From an uncultured Gemmatimonadales bacterium (lineage in GTDB: Bacteria > Gemmatimonadota > Gemmatimonadetes > Longimicrobiales > RSA9): a stretch of DNA of 64,000 nucleotides. The stretch spans positions 224,001 through 288,000 of the forward strand of contig CAWFKH010000005.1 in the NCBI GenBank assembly GCA_963816355.1. The letters run 5' to 3'. The stretch's first letter is position 1. The number at the start of each line of letters is the position of its first letter. The notes below the pieces were generated by a model, which saw only the letters and a program-made list of their open reading frames with translations, did not search any database and had not been told where the DNA came from. The translations under genes were made by a program, and so were the position numbers. Shown here in pieces: positions 59,425-64,000 of this stretch.

Positions 59425-59453
59425 TTGCCGGTGGGACGGTCGACGGGTAGAAT
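59425..59453 (+). promoter_or_regulatory. sigma-70-type promoter
   Basis: TTGCCG-N17-TAGAAT upstream of the Pro-rich gene. Confidence 0.65.
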
Positions 59454-59568
59454 AACACGGGCGCGACGGACACAACAACCGGCGCCTCCGCCGCGCCGTT
59501 CGCTCCCAGCGCGCCGCCCGCGGAACCACGCGGCCACGCGCTCCTCGCTCACGACCACCCGGACCCCG

Positions 59569-61236
59569 ATGGCCGGCGACTCCTTCGCAGGACGCTATCA
59601 ACTCCTCAAGCAGGTGACCTCCGGACCCGTCCGGACCCACCACGCGCTCGCCGATACCGGCGCCGTCGTGATGGTCCATTTCCTCGACGGCGACGACGCC
59701 GCGAACCGCGCCGTTCTCGAGCGCGTCCGCGGCCTCACCGGCGAGAAGGCCGAGCGCGTCGTCGAGGTCGTCGACGAGGGCGGCGTCCCCGCCGTCGTCA
59801 CCCGCTTCATCATGGACTTCCACGACCTCGACGCATGGCTCGGCGAGGCGCGGACCGCGCCGCCAACCGCCGAGGCCGGGCCAGCCGGCGGCGCCGACAT
59901 CGGCTTCACCGCGCTCTTCCAGGCTCCGGGGGAGACCGCGGGCCAGCCCGACGCGGAGGCCGCGGGAGCGTCGCCCGAGGCCCCGGCGGAGCCGCCGCCC
60001 GCGCCATCACCAGCTCCCCCCGTCCCCGAGCCGCGCGGCGAGTTCACCGGCCTCTTCCGGACGCCGCCGCCCGCGGGCGAGCCCGCCGCGGCCGGGCCGG
60101 CCGCCGATTCCGGCGCCGCGACCGAGGCGCCCGCGAGGGAGCCGCCCGCGGCCGAGCCCCCCGCGAAGGAGCCGCCGGCCACGGAGCCGCCCACGGCCGA
60201 GCCCCCCGCGAAGGAGCCCGGCGAGTTCACGCGGCTCTTCCAGGCGCCCGACCTCCGCGCCGCCGCCAGCGAGGCGGAGCCCTCCGGTGCGGCCACGCCA
60301 TCCGCGCCCCCGCCCCCGCCGCCACCATCCGCGCCGCCCGCGCCACCGTCCGCCCCGTCCGCGCCGCCACCCGCGCCGCCTGCGCCGCCGTCCGCGCCGC
60401 CGCCTGCGCCGTCCGCGCCGCCTGCGCCGTCCGCGCCCGCCACGCCGCCACCGCCGCCCCCGGTGCCGCCGCCGGCGGACGCACCCGGCTCCCCGCCCTC
60501 TCCACGAGAGCCGGGCGAGTTCACCCGCATGTTCGGCAGGCCGGCGCCCCCGAGCGACGCGCCTCCGCCGACCTCCCCGCCGCCGCTGCGGGAGCCGCCG
60601 CCTGCGCCACCGCCCCCGGCCGACGCGCCTCCGCCGCCGGCCCCCGCATCCGGAGGCGAGGCGCCGTCGCCGCCGGATGGGTTCACCGAGCTGTTCTCCA
60701 CGGGCGGCGAGCCGCGGCCGGGGGGACGGGAGTCGCGGGGTACCGGCCGCTTCACGCAGCTCTTTCGCCGCCCGGGCCTGCCGCCGGAGCCGCCGCCGAG
60801 GGCGCCGCAGCCGCCGCCACAGGCGCCTCCCTCCGGAGGGGGACGCCCGCTGTTCGACGCGGAAAGCGACTATCTGTCGCGGCTGAACGCCCCGCCCGGC
60901 TCGACGGAGCGGTCCGCTTCCGCGCCTCCGCGCGAAGTTTCCGCGCCTCCCGGCGCGCGAGCCCCGTCGCCGCCGGTGGAGGGCTACGGCCGGCCCGCTC
61001 CGCCCCCGCCGCCCCCACCGCCGCCACCGCGCTCGGGCGGCCCGGGCTCCTTCACGCAGGTGATCCGCGGCTACTCGGCGCCCGCGCCGAAGGAGCCGCC
61101 GGCGCCGCGCAGCGCTCCGCCGTGGCAGGGCCAGGCGCCGGGCCGTCCGTCGAACCGGCGGTTCTACATCGGCATTGCGGCGGTCGCGCTCGCCGCGATC
61201 GCGCTCATCGTCGTCCTCGCGGTGCTCGCCCACTGA
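59569..61236 (+). CDS. Pro-rich, C-terminally membrane-anchored T6SS-associated protein with repeated G(x)FTxxF motifs
   Basis: 555-aa ORF with its own promoter; kinase-N-lobe-like start; 7 motifs; C-terminal TM. Confidence 0.75.
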   Translation: MAGDSFAGRYQLLKQVTSGPVRTHHALADTGAVVMVHFLDGDDAANRAVLERVRGLTGEKAERVVEVVDEGGVPAVVTRFIMDFHDLDAWLGEARTAPPTAEAGPAGGADIGFTALFQAPGETAGQPDAEAAGASPEAPAEPPPAPSPAPPVPEPRGEFTGLFRTPPPAGEPAAAGPAADSGAATEAPAREPPAAEPPAKEPPATEPPTAEPPAKEPGEFTRLFQAPDLRAAASEAEPSGAATPSAPPPPPPPSAPPAPPSAPSAPPPAPPAPPSAPPPAPSAPPAPSAPATPPPPPPVPPPADAPGSPPSPREPGEFTRMFGRPAPPSDAPPPTSPPPLREPPPAPPPPADAPPPPAPASGGEAPSPPDGFTELFSTGGEPRPGGRESRGTGRFTQLFRRPGLPPEPPPRAPQPPPQAPPSGGGRPLFDAESDYLSRLNAPPGSTERSASAPPREVSAPPGARAPSPPVEGYGRPAPPPPPPPPPPRSGGPGSFTQVIRGYSAPAPKEPPAPRSAPPWQGQAPGRPSNRRFYIGIAAVALAAIALIVVLAVLAH

Positions 61237-61317
61237 CCGGCGGAACGCCGCGGCGCGGACCGCTCCGCACTCGCGGATCGGCACCGGCGGCGGCGCGGTG
61301 CCGGCGGGCGCGCGGCG

Positions 61318-62679
61318 TCAGCCGTCGTTCGGCGGCAGGACGACGATCAGCTCTAGCTTCGGGTCGGGGAAGTCCGAGGGGACGTAGACGGCGAGGTTGC
61401 GCGCGCGGCGCACCGCTTTCCAGTCGTCGACGGAGGGGTCGAGCTCGAAATACTGGTGGTCGAGCTTGATGGGGATCTCGGAGGGCGGCGAGGCGGCGTG
61501 GCGGAGGGGGACGCCGGGCAGGGCCTGCTTGATCAGGCGCTCGATCTGATCGGCCGAGCTCACCTTGAGGAGCTGCGGCGCGCGGCGGATCAGCGCGGCG
61601 CGGTCGACGCCGGCCTGCACGGCGAGGAAGAAGCGACGCCCCTCGAAGTAGCGGTCCTGGTCGATGGCGGTGGCGTGGATCGCCGGCTCGGTGGGCCGCA
61701 GCGGCAGCGCGGCGTAGTTGGTCGGCACGACGGTCTCGAGCAGGTGGCGGACCATCTCGTCGAGGCGGGTGAAGCAGGCGGTCAGGTCGGTGTGGTCGTA
61801 GGCGGGAAGGTCGCGCGGCTGGATCGAGGAGGAGAAGGTGGTGAGCGCGCCCGTCAGCTCGCTCATCGTCTCGAACAGCTCGACCGGGTGGCCGCGTCTC
61901 ACCTCGAAGGTGTGCCGCAGCTCCGGCAGGTAGGTGTTGACCGTGTAGAGCAGCCAGAAGTTGGCGATGTCGGAGACGCCGAAGTCCGCGAGCCCCTGGC
62001 TGCGCTGGCGTCGCATGCCGCCGAGCGTGGCGCTGCGCGCGGAAAGCAGCTCGACCAGGCGACGGTTGAGGGAGAGCAGGTACTCGCTGGCGCCGATGTC
62101 GACGAGCGGCGGAACGAAGTGCGGGTCGAGGTCCCATTCGCCGGTCGCGGAGCGGACGACGCGGGCCAGCGGCAGCGTCGCGCTCCCCTCGAGCGGCTCG
62201 TCGCCGCCGAGCAGACGCAGGTTCTTGCGCGCGAGCAGGATCGGCTTCTCGGCCTGGCCGGTGTTCTCGTCCCGGCGCAGCGCCGGCTCCGCGACGTAGC
62301 GCGTCGCGGCGGGCCGCCCCTGGAGGGACACGTTGTGGCCGCCGGCACGGTGCTCGGGGACGGCGAGGTGGACCGTCACGGCGTCGGCATCGCCGCCCGG
62401 CCACACTTCTTCGAGCGGGCGCGGCGGCGGCGGCTCGTCGGCCTCGGGGATGTCGAAGAGGAGGCCGTCCGGGAAAACGCCGGCGGCGTCCGCGAGCGCG
62501 AGGCGGCCGGCGGCGAGCGCCTCGCGGTCGATCTCCAGCCGCGCAAAGCCCCACGGGCAGAAGGAGAGGGCGGCGAGCCGGAACTGGAGCAGCTCCTCGT
62601 GGAAGCGGTCCTGCGCCTGCAGGTGCTGCGGCGACAGCAGCACGCCCTTCGTCCACAGCACGTTCTGCAGCTGCCTCAT
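61318..62679 (-). CDS. tssK: T6SS baseplate TssK, copy 2
   Basis: VLWTKGVLLSPQHLQAQDR, FVPP, HPVELF, YDHTDL, YVP. Confidence 0.93.
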   Translation of the reverse strand: MRQLQNVLWTKGVLLSPQHLQAQDRFHEELLQFRLAALSFCPWGFARLEIDREALAAGRLALADAAGVFPDGLLFDIPEADEPPPPRPLEEVWPGGDADAVTVHLAVPEHRAGGHNVSLQGRPAATRYVAEPALRRDENTGQAEKPILLARKNLRLLGGDEPLEGSATLPLARVVRSATGEWDLDPHFVPPLVDIGASEYLLSLNRRLVELLSARSATLGGMRRQRSQGLADFGVSDIANFWLLYTVNTYLPELRHTFEVRRGHPVELFETMSELTGALTTFSSSIQPRDLPAYDHTDLTACFTRLDEMVRHLLETVVPTNYAALPLRPTEPAIHATAIDQDRYFEGRRFFLAVQAGVDRAALIRRAPQLLKVSSADQIERLIKQALPGVPLRHAASPPSEIPIKLDHQYFELDPSVDDWKAVRRARNLAVYVPSDFPDPKLELIVVLPPNDG

Positions 62680-62890
62680 CGCGACCTCTTCCCCGTGCCG
62701 TCCGTCTCCGCCGCCGGCCCGTCCCGCTCTCGCCGGCTGCAAGCGCCCCTAAGTTGGCCGCCCACCGTGCGCGCGGGCAAGGCGGAAGAGGCGGTGGTGC
62801 GCGGAGCAGGCTCGCGCGCCGCGGAGTTCGGGTCGGGCCGACGCGGGGCCGCGCCGCGCCGACGCGGGGCGCGCGCGGCGGCGGCGGCAC

Positions 62891-62920
62891 TTGACAGTCC
62901 GGCGGGACGCCGCAGATAAT
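62891..62920 (+). promoter_or_regulatory. sigma-70-type promoter of tssBC
   Basis: TTGACA-N18-GATAAT. Confidence 0.65.
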
Positions 62921-63028
62921 GCGGAACGGTTTCGCCCCTCGATCGAGACCGCCCCCTACAGCATTCCCCAGCCGGACGGCCCAGACCATGGGGACGCCAG
63001 TTCAGACTCGCTGAACAGGAGCTCCGCA

Positions 63029-63553
63029 ATGCCCGAAAGCATCCACCGCAAGCTCGAACGCGTCCGAGCACCGCGCGTCCACATCACGTACGACGTCGAG
63101 GTCGGTGACGCGATCCAGATGAAGGAGCTCCCCTTCGTCATGGCGGTCCTGTCGGACTTCACCGGTCAGCCGGAGGAACCGCTCGCGCGGCTGAAGGATC
63201 GCAAGTTCGTCGAGGTCACGCCCGACAACTTCGACGACGTGCTCAAGAGCATGAAGCCGCACATCGCGTTCAAGGTGGACAACACGCTGTCGGACGAGCC
63301 GGACGCCGGGAAGATCGGCGTCGACCTGCGCTTCGAGAGCCTCGACGACTTCTCTCCCGAGCGCGTCGCCCAGCAGGTCGATCCGCTGCGCAAGCTGCTC
63401 GAGCTGCGCCAGCAGCTCGCGGACCTGCGCGGCAGCCTCCAGGGCAACGACAAGCTCGAGGAGATCCTGCAGGCGACGGTCAACGACGCGGCGCGGTTGA
63501 ACCGCATTCAGAAGGAACTCGAATCCGACGGAGCTTCCGATGGCGAATCCTGA
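63029..63553 (+). CDS. tssB: T6SS sheath small subunit
   Basis: RAPRVHITYDVE, ELPFV, FESLDDFSPE. Confidence 0.97.
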   Translation: MPESIHRKLERVRAPRVHITYDVEVGDAIQMKELPFVMAVLSDFTGQPEEPLARLKDRKFVEVTPDNFDDVLKSMKPHIAFKVDNTLSDEPDAGKIGVDLRFESLDDFSPERVAQQVDPLRKLLELRQQLADLRGSLQGNDKLEEILQATVNDAARLNRIQKELESDGASDGES

Positions 63554-64000
63554 AGCCAAGGCCCAGCAGGCGGCCGCGGCGGAGACGACCGAGGTCAGTC
63601 TCCTCGACCAGATCGTCGACCAGGGGCGGTTCGGCAAGGAGAGCGCCTCGCGCGATCGCGGCCGCAACCTGATCAAGCGCTTCGTCTCGGAGGTGCTCGA
63701 GGGCACGATCACCGTGCACCCGGACACCGAGTCGATGCTCAACGCGCGCATCGCGGAGATCGACCGCCTCCTCTCGCTGCAGCTCAACGAGATCCTGCAC
63801 CACCCGGAGTTCCAGCGGCTCGAAGGCACGTGGCGCGGGCTCAAGTACCTGCTCGGCCAGACCGAGACGAGCACGATGCTGAAGATCCGCGTGCTCAACG
63901 TGAAGAAGAACGAGCTGCTCAAGGATCTGCAGAAGGCGCCCGAGTTCGACCAGAGCGCCCTCTTCAAGAAGGTCTACGAGGAGGAGTACGGCGTCTTCGG
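63540..64000 (+). CDS. tssC: T6SS sheath large subunit, 3' partial (not in the ORF track)
   Basis: Manual translation: MANPEAK...IAEIDRLLSLQLNEILHHPEFQRLEGTWRGL...FDQSALFKKVYEEEYG. Confidence 0.96.
   Translation, partial: MANPEAKAQQAAAAETTEVSLLDQIVDQGRFGKESASRDRGRNLIKRFVSEVLEGTITVHPDTESMLNARIAEIDRLLSLQLNEILHHPEFQRLEGTWRGLKYLLGQTETSTMLKIRVLNVKKNELLKDLQKAPEFDQSALFKKVYEEEYGVF

Overview
Very GC-rich bacterial DNA. Gene content suggests Gemmatimonadota, but this is an inference, not a database result. 1-14 kb holds housekeeping and stress genes: an ALDH16-like dehydrogenase, yihY, lepB, terC, purK/purE, murB, a cysteine-desulfurase-like enzyme, a polysaccharide deacetylase, GH15 and an SDR. 14.9-27.5 kb (minus strand) is a surface-protein locus: two paralogous Ig/FN3/BACON-like lipoproteins (one of 1638 aa with a recent 678-bp duplication), a TPR protein, and an unusual fusion of a complete DnaJ through one TM helix to Ig and RCC1 domains. 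27.7-44.3 kb has DUF4235, a metallophosphoesterase, a decayed IS1595/ISPna2-type element, a frameshifted M20 deacylase, MATE, tetR-tolC-MFP-RND, an arylsulfotransferase-like protein and an M1 peptidase. 44.4-64 kb has a CsgG-like/TPR/beta-barrel/Ig-lipoprotein operon converging on an atypical type VI secretion cluster. That cluster contains an FHA-TM-trypsin protein, PP2C, a Ser/Thr kinase, a PrcB-like lipoprotein, tssM, tssL, two tssK, a Pro-rich membrane protein with seven F-T-x-x-F-type motifs, tssB and partial tssC. Six sigma-54-type promoters precede stress-type genes. Two 1-nt frameshifts may be sequencing errors. No rRNA, tRNA or CRISPR array was seen.
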